Notes: generated from the sequence alone by a model not told the origin. A stretch of 64,000 bases of DNA from Gemmatimonas sp. (GCA_031414535.1 JANNVQ010000054.1:32001-96000); one strand, 5' to 3'; positions 48,014-58,700 are shown, counted from the stretch's first letter. Made by a program: numbers and translations.

Positions 48014-48114
48014 TGTTCCAGGTCTGGCGAGGCGACGACGACGTCACGTACCGTTGCTGCCTTTCGGCCCTGGCGGGGTTGGCGGGTTGAAGCCCCTCGG
48101 GACCTGGAACACCC
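48011..48114 (-). ncRNA. ffs: Signal recognition particle RNA (4.5S)
   Basis: Minus strand CCAGGGCCGAAAGGCAGCAACGG (helix-8 motif, GNRA loop) closed by GTGTTCCAGGTC/GACCTGGAACAC; usual position upstream of dnaX. Confidence 0.9.
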
Positions 48115-48176
48115 GTAATGTACCCGCAGTAGAGCCGGCAAACAATCGGGATGAGTACCGATCTATGCCCCAGAGC

Positions 48177-48192
48177 CCACCCAAGCGGGTGG
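48177..48192. promoter_or_regulatory. Palindromic operator-like site
   Basis: ccaccc-aagc-gggtgg upstream of the PRK-like gene; resembles NarL/LuxR-family inverted repeats. Confidence 0.35.
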
Positions 48193-48365
48193 CCTACACC
48201 AATCCATTCTCTCCCACCCCGACAGGCGTTCTTCGCGCCGCACCCCGAGGGCATTTTTTCCTCATCCGTGACGGCGATGGCTTGCCGGATCCGGCACGGC
48301 TGCGCGACGGCGGACGCGGGGGGCGTCCGTCCGTCCGCGCCCCACTCCCGGGAGAGGTCCACCCA

Positions 48366-49238
48366 ATGTCGCACCGCGCCTCGCGCCCCGCGCTCTGCGC
48401 CCTCGTGGGCGCTGCGGGAGCCGGCAAAAGCACGCTCTGCCAAGGTCTCGCCGATCTGTTCGGAGGCGAAGCCGTGACGACGCTCGCGCTCGACGATTAC
48501 ATCGCGCATGAGCACGACGCCGGCATCCGCCGCGGCGTCTCGCCGCTCGCAGCGGATGCTTCGCACCTGGATCTCATGGCGCAGCACCTTCGCCTGCTCC
48601 GCCAGGGAGAGACGGTCTTCAAGCCCGTGTACGACCGGTCGAGCGGACGCTTTGCCGACCCCGAGTTCCTTCGGCCCAAGCGCACCGTACTCGCGCACGG
48701 CATGCACGGACTCGATACGCCCGAACTTCGCGCCCTCTGGGACGTGTCACTCTTCGTGGCCTCGGGCCGTGAGGACGCCGACAGCGCCCGCTTCATTGCT
48801 CCGCAACGCGAGAAAGCCGATGCCTCACTCAGCGTGCGGGCCACCTCTGATGGCAGGGATTGGGACGCCGAGTTCCGCATCGCGCATCCCGTGCCACTCC
48901 CAGCGCTCGATGAACTGCAGCACGACCCTGTGGCCACGCCCTATCTGCGCATCGAGCGTGCCTCCGGCGGGGCCTATGTCATTGAGATGAGTGGGCGCGT
49001 GGACGACGTCTCACGCACGCATATGGAAGCGCGGCTGCTCTCGGCCCTGCCGGATGCGCCACCGCGCCGTCAACTGAAGCTCGGCGTCATTCCGGACGCC
49101 CCAGCAAGTGATCGCCGCTCAAATCTTCTTGCCCTCACGCAGTTGATTGTCGGCCACTACTTCGTGCAGAAGGGGCGCTTGCTTCAGACCCCTACGCTCG
49201 AGGCGGCCCGCTCCGCCCACCCGGCCCCTGGTGCCTGA
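48366..49238 (+). CDS. Phosphoribulokinase/uridine-kinase-like protein, divergent
   Basis: GAAGAGKST, LDDY, LDLMAQHLRLLRQGETVFKPVYD, FIAPQREKAD, LALTQLIV; GAGAGG before ATG. Confidence 0.7.
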   Translation: MSHRASRPALCALVGAAGAGKSTLCQGLADLFGGEAVTTLALDDYIAHEHDAGIRRGVSPLAADASHLDLMAQHLRLLRQGETVFKPVYDRSSGRFADPEFLRPKRTVLAHGMHGLDTPELRALWDVSLFVASGREDADSARFIAPQREKADASLSVRATSDGRDWDAEFRIAHPVPLPALDELQHDPVATPYLRIERASGGAYVIEMSGRVDDVSRTHMEARLLSALPDAPPRRQLKLGVIPDAPASDRRSNLLALTQLIVGHYFVQKGRLLQTPTLEAARSAHPAPGA

Positions 49239-49839
49239 GCGCAGCCTCGGTCCGGTTCTTCACGCCCAGCTTCTGGTACAGATGCTGCACGTGGAACTTC
49301 ACGGTGTTCTCGGAGAGAGCGAGCCGCGAGGCGATCTGCACGTTGGTGAGTCCTTCCGCCAACAGCGCCCAGACTTCGCGTTCGCGCGCCGTCAGATCCA
49401 TGATGCCGCCGCGAGTGCCTCGCGCCTCTAGCCAACGTCTGGCCGCCTGGGGGAACACCAGCTGTCCGTCTACCACCTGACGAATCGCCGAGAGGGTCTG
49501 CTGAGGCGATGCGGTCTTGAGCGCCAAGCCCTCGGCGCCGGATTCCAGCACGGAGCGAATCGTCTCGCCATCGTGGTAGGCGGTGAGCACCAGCACGCGA
49601 GGCGCATCGGCCATTGAGCGAAGCTCGCCCATGATGTCCGTGGCACGCATACCGCCGAGTTCGTAGTCGAGCACCACGACTTCGGGCGTGTGTTTCTTCA
49701 CGAGGCCAAGCACCTGAGTGCCGTCCGTGGTAGCGGCGACGACCTGCATGTCGCCCTCGTTGTCGACGAGCGCGCGCAGGCCCTCGAGGACGATGCCATG
49801 ATCGTCAGCTAAGACGATGCGAATCTCTCGGTCGTTCAC
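49192..49839 (-). CDS. NarL/LuxR-family response regulator
   Basis: ADDHGIVLEGL, VVVLD, LTAREREV...LSENTVKFH. Confidence 0.92.
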   Translation of the reverse strand: MNDREIRIVLADDHGIVLEGLRALVDNEGDMQVVAATTDGTQVLGLVKKHTPEVVVLDYELGGMRATDIMGELRSMADAPRVLVLTAYHDGETIRSVLESGAEGLALKTASPQQTLSAIRQVVDGQLVFPQAARRWLEARGTRGGIMDLTAREREVWALLAEGLTNVQIASRLALSENTVKFHVQHLYQKLGVKNRTEAALRHQGPGGRSGPPRA

Positions 49840-50522
49840 GCTTCCACCGGAACAGAGATGGTGAGCACGGTGCCCTGCCCTGGCTCGGAATCGATTGTCA
49901 GCCGGCCGCCCAGCATCGCGAGGCGATCCTGAATGCCTCGCAGACCGAAGTGTCCGCCTTCGACACCAACATCAGCCTCGCTTGCGAGCACCGTGGGTGA
50001 ATCGAATCCGCGTCCGTTGTCCGTCACCGTCATTCGAATCTCATCTCCGTGGCGTTCTACCGTGACCGTCTGGCGCGTCGCGCCGGCGTGACGATGCCCA
50101 TTCGCGAGCGCCTCCTGCAAGATACGATACAACGCAATCTTCACGGGCAGCGAGCAGTCACCGAGTGATTCGTCGAGCGAACACTCGACGGGCTGATCCG
50201 TCATCGCCTCGTGCTGCACCGCGAGCCCTTCGAGAATGGCTCCCAGCGAGCGACGCTCGAATCCTGGTGGCCTGAACACGCCGATGAGCGTGCGAATCTC
50301 GCCCAGCGCGCGTTCGAGCAGCGCCGCGGCTTGGGCGGAGCGACGGGCGGCCTCGGGAAGATACGAGAGATCCCGCTGCAACAACTGCAGGTGCGACACG
50401 GCCGCAAAGATGTCCTGCACCGGCCCATCGTGCATATCGAGCACGATGCGCTGCAGTTCGCGTTCGCCCGCTGCGAGCAGGCGCCGCGAAGCCTCGCCTG
50501 CCGCGCGGGTGTCCTCAGTCAT
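49836..50522 (-). CDS. NarX-class histidine kinase core (HisKA_3 + HATPase) with no sensor domain
   Basis: RIVLDMHDGPVQ, RILQEALAN, DNGRGF, HFGLRG; ATG overlaps the upstream TGA. Confidence 0.85.
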   Translation of the reverse strand: MTEDTRAAGEASRRLLAAGERELQRIVLDMHDGPVQDIFAAVSHLQLLQRDLSYLPEAARRSAQAAALLERALGEIRTLIGVFRPPGFERRSLGAILEGLAVQHEAMTDQPVECSLDESLGDCSLPVKIALYRILQEALANGHRHAGATRQTVTVERHGDEIRMTVTDNGRGFDSPTVLASEADVGVEGGHFGLRGIQDRLAMLGGRLTIDSEPGQGTVLTISVPVEA

Positions 50523-50911
50523 CAGATTCCGAGCCAGATGGTCATGGCCGCCGCCGCGTACCACATCCAGCCAACGTGGCGGCCGCGGGCCATAAACAGC
50601 GAGAGGGCGGCCAGCGCGGCCAGCACCGCCGCGAGCAGCGTCGTCGTGCTGGTCCACGCGCTGCCGAAGGCCTCGGCGTCGAAGGCGGCCAAGAGCAGGA
50701 CCAGCGCATAGCCCACAAGGGCAATGGTCACGCTGTGCCAAGCCAGCCGCACCGCCTGCCGCGTGGTCGGGTCATCCGCCGCGCGCCGTGATGTCCCGCT
50801 GTCGGACGGATGCCGAAACAAACGGGGGAGAATCACCTTTTCGCCTGTCAGCGCATGCGCCATGGCCGAACCCAGTAGCAGCACACAAGCGGTCATCAAC
50901 CACGCGTTCAT
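50522..50911 (-). CDS. Small four-TM membrane protein
   Basis: Four hydrophobic segments; start and stop overlap the flanking genes. Confidence 0.7.
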   Translation of the reverse strand: MNAWLMTACVLLLGSAMAHALTGEKVILPRLFRHPSDSGTSRRAADDPTTRQAVRLAWHSVTIALVGYALVLLLAAFDAEAFGSAWTSTTTLLAAVLAALAALSLFMARGRHVGWMWYAAAAMTIWLGI

Positions 50912-51921
50912 TGGAGAAGCTCCTGAAGGCGAGCGACGGCCGTGGCGCAGGCGGCATCGTCAACGTCCAGATGCAGGACCGCACGGACCCGTGTCGCACT
51001 CCAAGGACTGACGAGCACCCCGGCCTCTCGGGCACGCGCTGTTACCGTGACCGCGTCGAGCCGCGACGGCAAATCCACCATCACGATGTTGCTGTCCGGC
51101 TTCACCACGCTAAGGTCAGCGATCGTCGCGAGGCCGGCGGCGAGTTGCTTCGCACGCCGATGGTCCTCGTGTAGCCGAGGCAAATTGTGTTCGAGGCCGT
51201 GGAGCGCCGCTGCGGCGAGGATGCCGGATTGCCGCATGCCGCCACCGAAGCGCTTTCGCGTTTCCCAGGCCTTGGCCATCACCTTTTCGTCGCCAACGAG
51301 CACGGCACCGACTGGCGCGCCAAGACCCTTGGAGAACGAAAGCATCACGGAATCGGCGCAGGCCGCGAAGTCAGCGAGCGCCGTACCCGTGGCCACGTGG
51401 GCATTCCACAGGCGCGCGCCATCGAGGTGCAGCGGAAGCCCAGCGTCGGAGGCCACGCGCCGAATCTCCTGCAGCTTGGCCAATGGCGTCACCATTCCGC
51501 CGGCACCGTTGTGCGTATTCTCGGCGCATACGAGCGATGCGCGCGGCGCGTGTGGCGATGCAGGGCGCAGCATGGCACGCAGGGCATCGGGCTCCAGCAC
51601 CGGCGCACCCCGCACCAAGCGCGGTTGTAAGCCAATGAGTCCGGCCGTGCCAGCGAGTTCCCAGTTCACGATATGCGAGTCTTCGTGGCAATACACCTCG
51701 GTGCCACGCTCACCGAGCAGCCAGAGGGCCGCTTGATTGGCCATGGTGCCCGTCGGGAAAAACAGCCCACGCGCCTTTCCCAGCATGCGGGCCACGGTCT
51801 CCTCGAGGCGCCGCACCGTTGGGTCACCGTCGAGGACATCATCGCCAACCTCGGCGTCGGCCATGGCGCGGCGCATTGCGAGGCTTGGACGCGTGACGGT
51901 GTCGGAGCGGAGGTCGATCAT
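50908..51921 (-). CDS. ltaE: Low-specificity L-threonine aldolase
   Basis: IDLRSDTVTRP, PTGTMANQ, ENTHN, HLDGARLWNA, SKGLGAPVG. Confidence 0.93.
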   Translation of the reverse strand: MIDLRSDTVTRPSLAMRRAMADAEVGDDVLDGDPTVRRLEETVARMLGKARGLFFPTGTMANQAALWLLGERGTEVYCHEDSHIVNWELAGTAGLIGLQPRLVRGAPVLEPDALRAMLRPASPHAPRASLVCAENTHNGAGGMVTPLAKLQEIRRVASDAGLPLHLDGARLWNAHVATGTALADFAACADSVMLSFSKGLGAPVGAVLVGDEKVMAKAWETRKRFGGGMRQSGILAAAALHGLEHNLPRLHEDHRRAKQLAAGLATIADLSVVKPDSNIVMVDLPSRLDAVTVTARAREAGVLVSPWSATRVRAVLHLDVDDAACATAVARLQELLQ

Positions 51922-51930
51922 GGGTTTGGA

Positions 51931-51967
51931 GACGGAAGACGGAAGACGGATGACGGAAGACGGAAGA
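51931..51967. repeat. Heptamer tandem repeat (gacggaa)x5
   Basis: gacggaa gacggaa gacggat gacggaa gacggaa, 9 nt upstream of the ltaE start. Confidence 0.9.
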
Positions 51968-51993
51968 AACCAGCCGCCGACGGCGCGGCAAAA

Positions 51994-52851
51994 CTACGCG
52001 GCAGACTTCGCAGCGAGTTCGAGCTCTTCCTTCGTACCAGCGGCAACCTGAGCGCCTAGCACGAAAATCAACGCCGCGTAGTAGGACCAGAAGACTACTA
52101 CGATGATGGCGCCGAGTGTGCCGGAGTACACCGACGTGGGCGGAAAATTGGCCATGAAAATGCCAAAGAGCCAACGCGCGAGATCGAACATCAGCGCGGC
52201 TGTCACGCCACCGGCAATGGTGGGAACCCACTCTGTCTTCTTCTTAGGCAGCCAGCGATACAGCGAACCAAAGATCGCGACGACCACAGCGAAGGCAATG
52301 AGGCGACCAAGGAGCAATTCTAGGCCGCTGAGCACTCCTTCACGCGCGCCAAGATCCGTCAGGGCCTGACCGATGCGACCGCTGGAGATGGTCAGGAAGG
52401 ACTGCAGACCCACCCAGACCACCGTCAAGGCGACGGTGAGCACCGAGAGCGTGATATCCCAAGCGATGCCAAGGAACACCGTGCGGTCGCGCTCATGCGC
52501 GAACACGGTCTTCATCACGCTGCGCAGGGACCCGAAGAGACGCACCGAGAACCACAGAAAGCCGAGGGTTCCGCCGATACCGAACACGGCGCGCGTGCGC
52601 TCGACGTCCGCGAGCACCGGGTCGAGCATGGAACCCTCCACGCCCATCACATGCGGCAGCACACGCTCCATCACGCCCTGCACGGTGTTGGTAGCGGCGA
52701 CGGGTGATTGGTCCAGCAGGTAGCCGAGTGCCGCAGACAGCATGAGCACAAACGGAACACCGGCGAGGAGGATACTGAAGGCCACCCCGCCGGCAAGAAA
52801 TCCTACGTTGACATTGACGATGTCGCGCCAGACGCGGCGCACAACGCCCAC
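51994..52851 (-). CDS. YihY/BrkB-family membrane protein
   Basis: FLAGGVAF, SLYRWLP, YSGTLGAIIV, FVLGAQV. Confidence 0.88.
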   Translation of the reverse strand: MGVVRRVWRDIVNVNVGFLAGGVAFSILLAGVPFVLMLSAALGYLLDQSPVAATNTVQGVMERVLPHVMGVEGSMLDPVLADVERTRAVFGIGGTLGFLWFSVRLFGSLRSVMKTVFAHERDRTVFLGIAWDITLSVLTVALTVVWVGLQSFLTISSGRIGQALTDLGAREGVLSGLELLLGRLIAFAVVVAIFGSLYRWLPKKKTEWVPTIAGGVTAALMFDLARWLFGIFMANFPPTSVYSGTLGAIIVVVFWSYYAALIFVLGAQVAAGTKEELELAAKSAA

Positions 52852-52862
52852 TGCGAGGCTAA

Positions 52863-53192
52863 TCAGACGCCGTCATCCTCATGATCGGTACTCGCCTCGC
52901 GATGCCGGGCGAGGCGACCCTCAAGCGCCGACCGTGCATCCTTCACGGCGCTGCGGCCCTGTTGCTTGAGATCGTCCACCACCTCGCCGCTCTGGTCCAC
53001 GATATCGCGGGCCTTCCGCTTCAGGCGCCGGGCACCGCGGCGCAAATCGGCGCGTGTCTCTTCCCCCGACTGAGGGGCGAAGAGGAGCGCCACGCCAGCA
53101 CCGATTGCCGCGCCGAGGAGAAACATGGCGACGCCCGTACCGGCACCGCCGCCGCGTCGTTCGATGACGACAGACTCATCACGATCAGACAT
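52863..53192 (-). CDS. YtxH-domain protein
   Basis: FLLGAAIGAGVALLFAPQSGEETR. Confidence 0.88.
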   Translation of the reverse strand: MSDRDESVVIERRGGGAGTGVAMFLLGAAIGAGVALLFAPQSGEETRADLRRGARRLKRKARDIVDQSGEVVDDLKQQGRSAVKDARSALEGRLARHREASTDHEDDGV

Positions 53193-53222
53193 CTCGCCTC
53201 CTTAAGAATCGGGACCAACACT

Positions 53223-54101
53223 TTAGTTCTCGACGAGTACCAAGAAGCGCGAGGTGCGCCAGAAGGCCGTCGGGTTCGCGATGCGGATGGTTCCCTTGAA
53301 CTTGCCGTCAGTGGGCGCAGCGTCCAGCCCCGTGAGGTCATTAGGGGAAACAATGCGGTAGGTCTTGTTGGCATTCGGTAGGGTGAGCTCCACCATCTGC
53401 CGGCGATCACCAGCCGTGAACTCTTCGGCGTTGAGCGTGCGTGAGATTACCGTGGTGCGCCCAATCCCGAGCATGCCGCCGCGACGCTCGATGACGCCGC
53501 GACGCAGCAAGTCCTCCTGCGTGCCAGACACCCAGTACACGGTGTTCTGCTCCACCACCAGCGCGTCCTTATCGGCGCGGAGCGCCTGGCCCTCGACGGC
53601 GAGCTGCGTGTTCTGCTCGCGCAACTCCCGATTCTGTGCCGTGAGCGCCGTGACCTGCTCCACAAGGCCAGCAATCTCCTGCTTCTGCTGGTCCACGAGC
53701 GACTGGAAGGCCGCGACGGTCGAATCGAAGCGCGACGTAAGCGCCTCATTGCCAGCCGTGAGAGCCGCGATGCGGCGACGACTCTGCGCCATCCGGTCCT
53801 CGGCCGTCTTCACGCGGGCGGTCAGTTCCTGCACCCGCGCCAGGAGCTGCGTTCGGGCTTCGGTGGGCGAGAGTTGCTCCATCTCGCCGTCGCGCGCCTG
53901 CACGGGCTGGCCGGTCCGCACCTTGTCAATCTCGCCGTTCACGTCCGAAATGAACCGCTGCGTGGAGACCACTTCGGTGAGCAGGGAATCCTTCTCTGCC
54001 GAAAGCGCAGCCGCTTGGGCTAACTGGCGATCGTACTCCGACTTGGAAACGCAGGCCGACGCGACAACCGCGACGGCCAGCAGCATCAGTGTTTTGCGCA
54101 T
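53223..54101 (-). CDS. Coiled-coil lipoprotein, hypothetical
   Basis: MRKTLMLLAVAVVASAC lipobox; long coiled coil; C-terminal NPTAFWRTSRFLV. Confidence 0.75.
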   Translation of the reverse strand: MRKTLMLLAVAVVASACVSKSEYDRQLAQAAALSAEKDSLLTEVVSTQRFISDVNGEIDKVRTGQPVQARDGEMEQLSPTEARTQLLARVQELTARVKTAEDRMAQSRRRIAALTAGNEALTSRFDSTVAAFQSLVDQQKQEIAGLVEQVTALTAQNRELREQNTQLAVEGQALRADKDALVVEQNTVYWVSGTQEDLLRRGVIERRGGMLGIGRTTVISRTLNAEEFTAGDRRQMVELTLPNANKTYRIVSPNDLTGLDAAPTDGKFKGTIRIANPTAFWRTSRFLVLVEN

Positions 54102-54138
54102 CGTGCATATCCTGTGTGGGGGAGTAATGCTCGCGGGC

Positions 54139-55557
54139 CTATTCGCCCGCGTCTGGATCGTCTGGCGCTGCCTCGACGGCAGGGCCAGCCCCGGGGGCAG
54201 GTCGCTCAATAGCCGGTCCTTTGACATACCTACGCACCCCCTCCGCTGTTCCACCCACGGCAAGCTTTTCAAACAAAAAGGTGAACTTTTCATCGTACGC
54301 TAATGCCAGCGTCTGCTTCACATCGGCGCTCAAGTCCCAGAGCTTCCGCTTGAACGGACCGAGCGCCTTCTTGCGGGTCTTGTAGAAGAACTGTTCGTCC
54401 GTGTCGCCGGCCTTCCGCTCCTCCGCCGCATTCACGCGGAGCCACGCATACATCTCCTCGCGCAAAGCCGTCGGGAGATGATCGTAGAGCATGTTTTGGA
54501 AGCCCGTGGCGAGATGGATCTCCGCCGTCTCGGTCCGCGGGAAGTGGAAGAAGGCGTCATCGGGAAGCGTGGATGCGCCGTGCTGCACCGCGCCGCTCAA
54601 GCCGTACTTCTTGCGCGCCACACGCGAGAGATCCTCAAGCGTCTGAAAGTCCAAGGCCACGTCTGCGATGGAGCCGTCGGCGAGCACCACACCACCGTGC
54701 GAGGTCCCAGATTGTACGGAAATCTTGCTCAACCCCACCATGCCCTTGGACTTGGCCGCGAGCGTGCGGTTATAGCCGTCCATGAACGCCTCAAGCTCGG
54801 GCACGGTGGAATTCTCCGTGCCCACTTCGCCAATCTCGCCGCCGAGCGAGATGGTCACACCGTTGGGCTCCAGCGAGCGAACGTACTGAGTGAGCTCCAC
54901 CGCCGTCTCGAAGTTGAGGCGCTGCTGCTCATCGAGCGTGGGGTGCGCCAACTCCACGAGCGTGGACGTGTCAATGTCGATGTTGTAGAACCCGGCGGAG
55001 ATGGCCTCGAGCGCGAGCTGCTTCACCGCGCCGACCTCCGCCTTGGGGTCCACCTTGTACTTCTTGGCGTTGACCTGAAAGTGGTCGCCCTGAATGAACA
55101 CTGGACCGCGGTGTCCTTCGCGGAGCGCGGCGGCAACCATCACGGCCACGTATTCCGATGGGCGCTGCTCGGTGTAGGCAATCTCGGAGCGTGCGATCTC
55201 GAGGATGAACGCGCCACCCTTGAGCTTGGCAGCCGTGCGGAAAATTGAGCGTGCGGTGTCGTACGAGGCACCGCGAATGTTCATCGCTGGCACGGTCACT
55301 GGCGGCACATCGCCGCGGCCGCGGGCCATATAGAAGTCTTGAATGGACGCCGAGAACGTACCCACAGCGCGCCCGCACTCGGAGATGGCCCAACGGGCCC
55401 AGTCCTGCTCGTCGCTGTCACCGAACACAGCGAGACGCACGAGCGCGTCCATCACCGGGCCGGCGAGCGCGGCCTCATCCTCGAGAGCGAGCTTGCCGTC
55501 GCGAATCGAAGCGGCAGGCCCAAGGGCGGATAGGACGGAAGGCGGCGCGGATGTCAT
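54139..55557 (-). CDS. fba: Class II fructose-bisphosphate aldolase
   Basis: QGDH, GGEIGEVG, GTSHGG, VQHGAS metal-binding motifs. Confidence 0.85.
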   Translation of the reverse strand: MTSAPPSVLSALGPAASIRDGKLALEDEAALAGPVMDALVRLAVFGDSDEQDWARWAISECGRAVGTFSASIQDFYMARGRGDVPPVTVPAMNIRGASYDTARSIFRTAAKLKGGAFILEIARSEIAYTEQRPSEYVAVMVAAALREGHRGPVFIQGDHFQVNAKKYKVDPKAEVGAVKQLALEAISAGFYNIDIDTSTLVELAHPTLDEQQRLNFETAVELTQYVRSLEPNGVTISLGGEIGEVGTENSTVPELEAFMDGYNRTLAAKSKGMVGLSKISVQSGTSHGGVVLADGSIADVALDFQTLEDLSRVARKKYGLSGAVQHGASTLPDDAFFHFPRTETAEIHLATGFQNMLYDHLPTALREEMYAWLRVNAAEERKAGDTDEQFFYKTRKKALGPFKRKLWDLSADVKQTLALAYDEKFTFLFEKLAVGGTAEGVRRYVKGPAIERPAPGAGPAVEAAPDDPDAGE

Positions 55558-55723
55558 TGCGGATTGGAAAATGGGAGCGGCGGCTCCAAGTGGAGTGCGA
55601 GGCTGGCGGTAGCAGGGTGAAAGTTGCCCGCCGAGTGCCTCGAAGGCAACGCGCCGGCACACCTCGTGCATTGGTGACCGATACCGTATGCTACGGACAG
55701 CAGGTTCCCCCCGGCATGCTTAA

Positions 55724-58700
55724 ATGACCCCACACGGCAGTCCGCAGTCCCGAGGTGGCGTTGGCCCGCGCGGCTGGTGGCGCGACGTCGCGCTGGTCAT
55801 GGTGATTGCGTTCGTTGCGGAGCGCATCCTGCACGAGGCAGTTGGTGCCGTCAACTTGCCAAGCGGGCTCAGTGGGTGGGCGGACGCGCTCGCCCTCGTA
55901 CTCATTCTTGGACCGTTGCTCAGCTGGATTCTCCATCGGCGCGCATTGGAAGCCAAGCTTGCGGTGCGCCATGGGTCGCTGGAAACATTGCCGCGCAGTC
56001 CACATCGCTCGGTGCGCATCGCTGTCTTGGCATCGCTTGCGGTTCTAGTGTCGATGTCCCTGCTAGCATTGGCGTTAGAACGGGGGTCCCTGCGCAGCGC
56101 GGGTGCCGCCGCGGAATTGGTCAACGAAGCGGGGCGGCAACGGTATCTGAGCCAAGTGATTGCGCGGCTGGCGCCCCTCTCCGTCACGGACGCCTCGGCG
56201 CAGCTGGCACTGCGGGAGGCCATTGAGAGGTTCTCCCGCGCCGTCGCGACCTCGGATTCTCTGCGGGCCGAGTGGTTAGGCGCCCCGGCGGTATCGGACT
56301 ACTCCGCGGAGGCCAGCCGTGCCCGCGCAGCCTTCATCGCACTGATGGCGGCGCCGCCTCGCGATGCCACGGAGGCCCAGGCGCTTGCGGCTGCAGCCGA
56401 CCGATTTCTCGGGCCGCAAGATCGGTACGTCGCGCGCATCGGGGCCCTGACGCGCGGCGAATTGGAACACTTGGGCGAGGCGCAGGGTCGGTTTGCGTGG
56501 GCCATCCTCGTGCTCTTCATCGGCATCGCCTTGGTGGTGGTGGAACCCGCGGTGCGACTCCTGGAGCGCCAGCACCGGGCCAACGGCGCCATGGGCCGCG
56601 AGTATGAACGGCTCGCCCTGGTTGCCCAGCGCACCAGTAATGCCGTCGTGATGACCAGTCCCGCGCGTCAAATCACCTGGGTGAACGCGGCGTTCACCGA
56701 GTTGACGGGATTCTCGCTCGACGAGGCGCAGGGCAAAAGTCCAGGGACCTTGCTGCAAGGGCCTGGCACCGACCCCGCGACGATTGCCCAAGTGCGCGAG
56801 GCGCTGGATGCCGAGCGCTCGGTGCGTACCGTGCTGCTCAACTATGCCAAGGACGGAACGCAGTATTGGCTCGACATGAGCATCGAACCGCTGCGGGACG
56901 CGTCGGGCACTTTGACGGGCTTCATGTCCGTGGAGTCGGATGTCACGCGGCTCATTGAAACGCAGCAGGCGCTGGAGCGCGAGCGCGCGGAGTTGCACCG
57001 CCTCGCCGCCCAAGCGGAGGAGGCGCAGCGCGTCGCGCGCATCGGGAACTGGGAGTACGATCTCGAAACGGGCAGCGTGGATTGGTCCTTGGGCATCCAC
57101 CTGCTCTTCGGGCGGGACCCGGCACTTGGCCCGCCAACCTTTGAGGAGATGCTGGCGGGTTACGCGCCGCAAGGCGCCGACGAACTCCGCGCGGCGATTG
57201 CCACGACGGCGGCAAGTGGCGAGCCGTACTCACTGATTCTTCGCACCGCGTCCAGCAATCCAGACGTGCGTTTTGTTCGCGGCATTGGTCATGTGCGTCG
57301 TGGACCGGAGGGGCGCGCCACTGCGCTCTATGGCACGGTGGCCGACCTGACGGCTCCGGTCGAGCTCCAGGCGCAGTTGGAGACAGCGCGGCGGAGCGCG
57401 GAGGCGGCGAGCCTCAGCAAGAGCGAGTTTCTGGCGAACATGAGTCACGAGATCCGCACGCCCCTGACCGTGATCATGGGCTTTGCCGATGTCCTCCGCG
57501 ACCGCGCCTTGCTCTCGCCCGACGGCGCCGCGCAACTCGAAACCATCGCGACAATCCAACGGGCGGGCGAACACCTCATCCGTGTCATTAACGACATTCT
57601 CGACATCTCCAAGATTGAAGCCGGTCGGATGGAAGTCGAGCGGGTGGATACCGACGTGTCGGCGCTATTTCGCGACGTGGAAAGCCTGATCAGGCCGCGC
57701 GCGCTCGGGAAAGGCATTGACCTCACCCTTGCCGTCTTAACGCCACTGCCGGCGCAGATACTCACCGACCCCACTCGCTTGCGTCAGATTCTGATGAACC
57801 TCGTCGGGAACGCCGTGAAGTTCACCGAGACGGGCGGCGTCACCCTCGACGTCTCGGTCGTGGGGAGTGATGCGGCGCGCCTCTTCGTGGTCGGCGTGGA
57901 AGACAGCGGCATCGGCATGACCCCGGAACAGGCGAGCGCGCTGTTTGTTCCCTTCTCGCAGGCCGATACATCGGTCACGCGGCGATTTGGCGGCACCGGG
58001 CTGGGCCTAACCATCTCACGGCGCCTCGCCGCGCTGATGGGTGGCACCGTGGAACTGGTGCGAAGCGCACCCGGACGTGGCTCTCGGTTCGAACTTCGAC
58101 TTCCCCTCCAGCCGGGGGAGGACGGGGGAGAAATCTCGGAGTTCAGTTCTGCGGTGAGTCAGTCGCTGAGCGCGGCGATTGCGCTCGATGCATTGGCGGG
58201 GCGCCGCGTGCTGCTCGCCGAGGATGGCCCCGACAATCAAGTGCTGATCTCGCTCCTGCTCGAATCGGTTGGGGCGACGGTCGTGCTGGCGGCGAACGGG
58301 CGCATTGCATTGGACATCGCGTCGCAGACGGAGCCGCCGGGAGCGGCCTTTGACCTCGTCCTCACCGACATGCAGATGCCGGAGATGGATGGCTACACCT
58401 TAGCGCGGCAACTTCGGGCCCGCGGCAGCGATGTCCCCATCATCGCGTTGACGGCAAACGCCATGGCTGAGGACCGGGCGCGTTGCCTCGACGCGGGGTG
58501 CTCCGATTACGCTACCAAACCGATTGATCGCGCGGTGCTCGTGCAGACCTGTGCGCGCTGGGCGACCACGCACGCCAGAGGACAGCTTGAGCATCGGCTG
58601 CCGCAAAAGATGGTCAGCGCGCACGCGGGACACCGACTGCTCGGAAAACTGTCGCGCGACTTCGCCGAGGCGCTTCCCGCGCGCGTGCGCACGATTACCG

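Noticed and set aside
48255..48345. Riboswitch in the PRK-like 5' region
   Set aside because: GC-rich hairpins are present, but I recognise no aptamer consensus or expression platform.
47880..48365. N-terminal extension of the 452-aa ORF
   Set aside because: It runs antisense through the SRP RNA and a repeat. PRK-like similarity starts at ATG 48366, which has an SD.
56620..56950. First PAS domain of the hybrid kinase looks LOV-like
   Set aside because: It reads GKSPGTLLQG rather than GxNCRFLQ; the photoactive Cys is absent.
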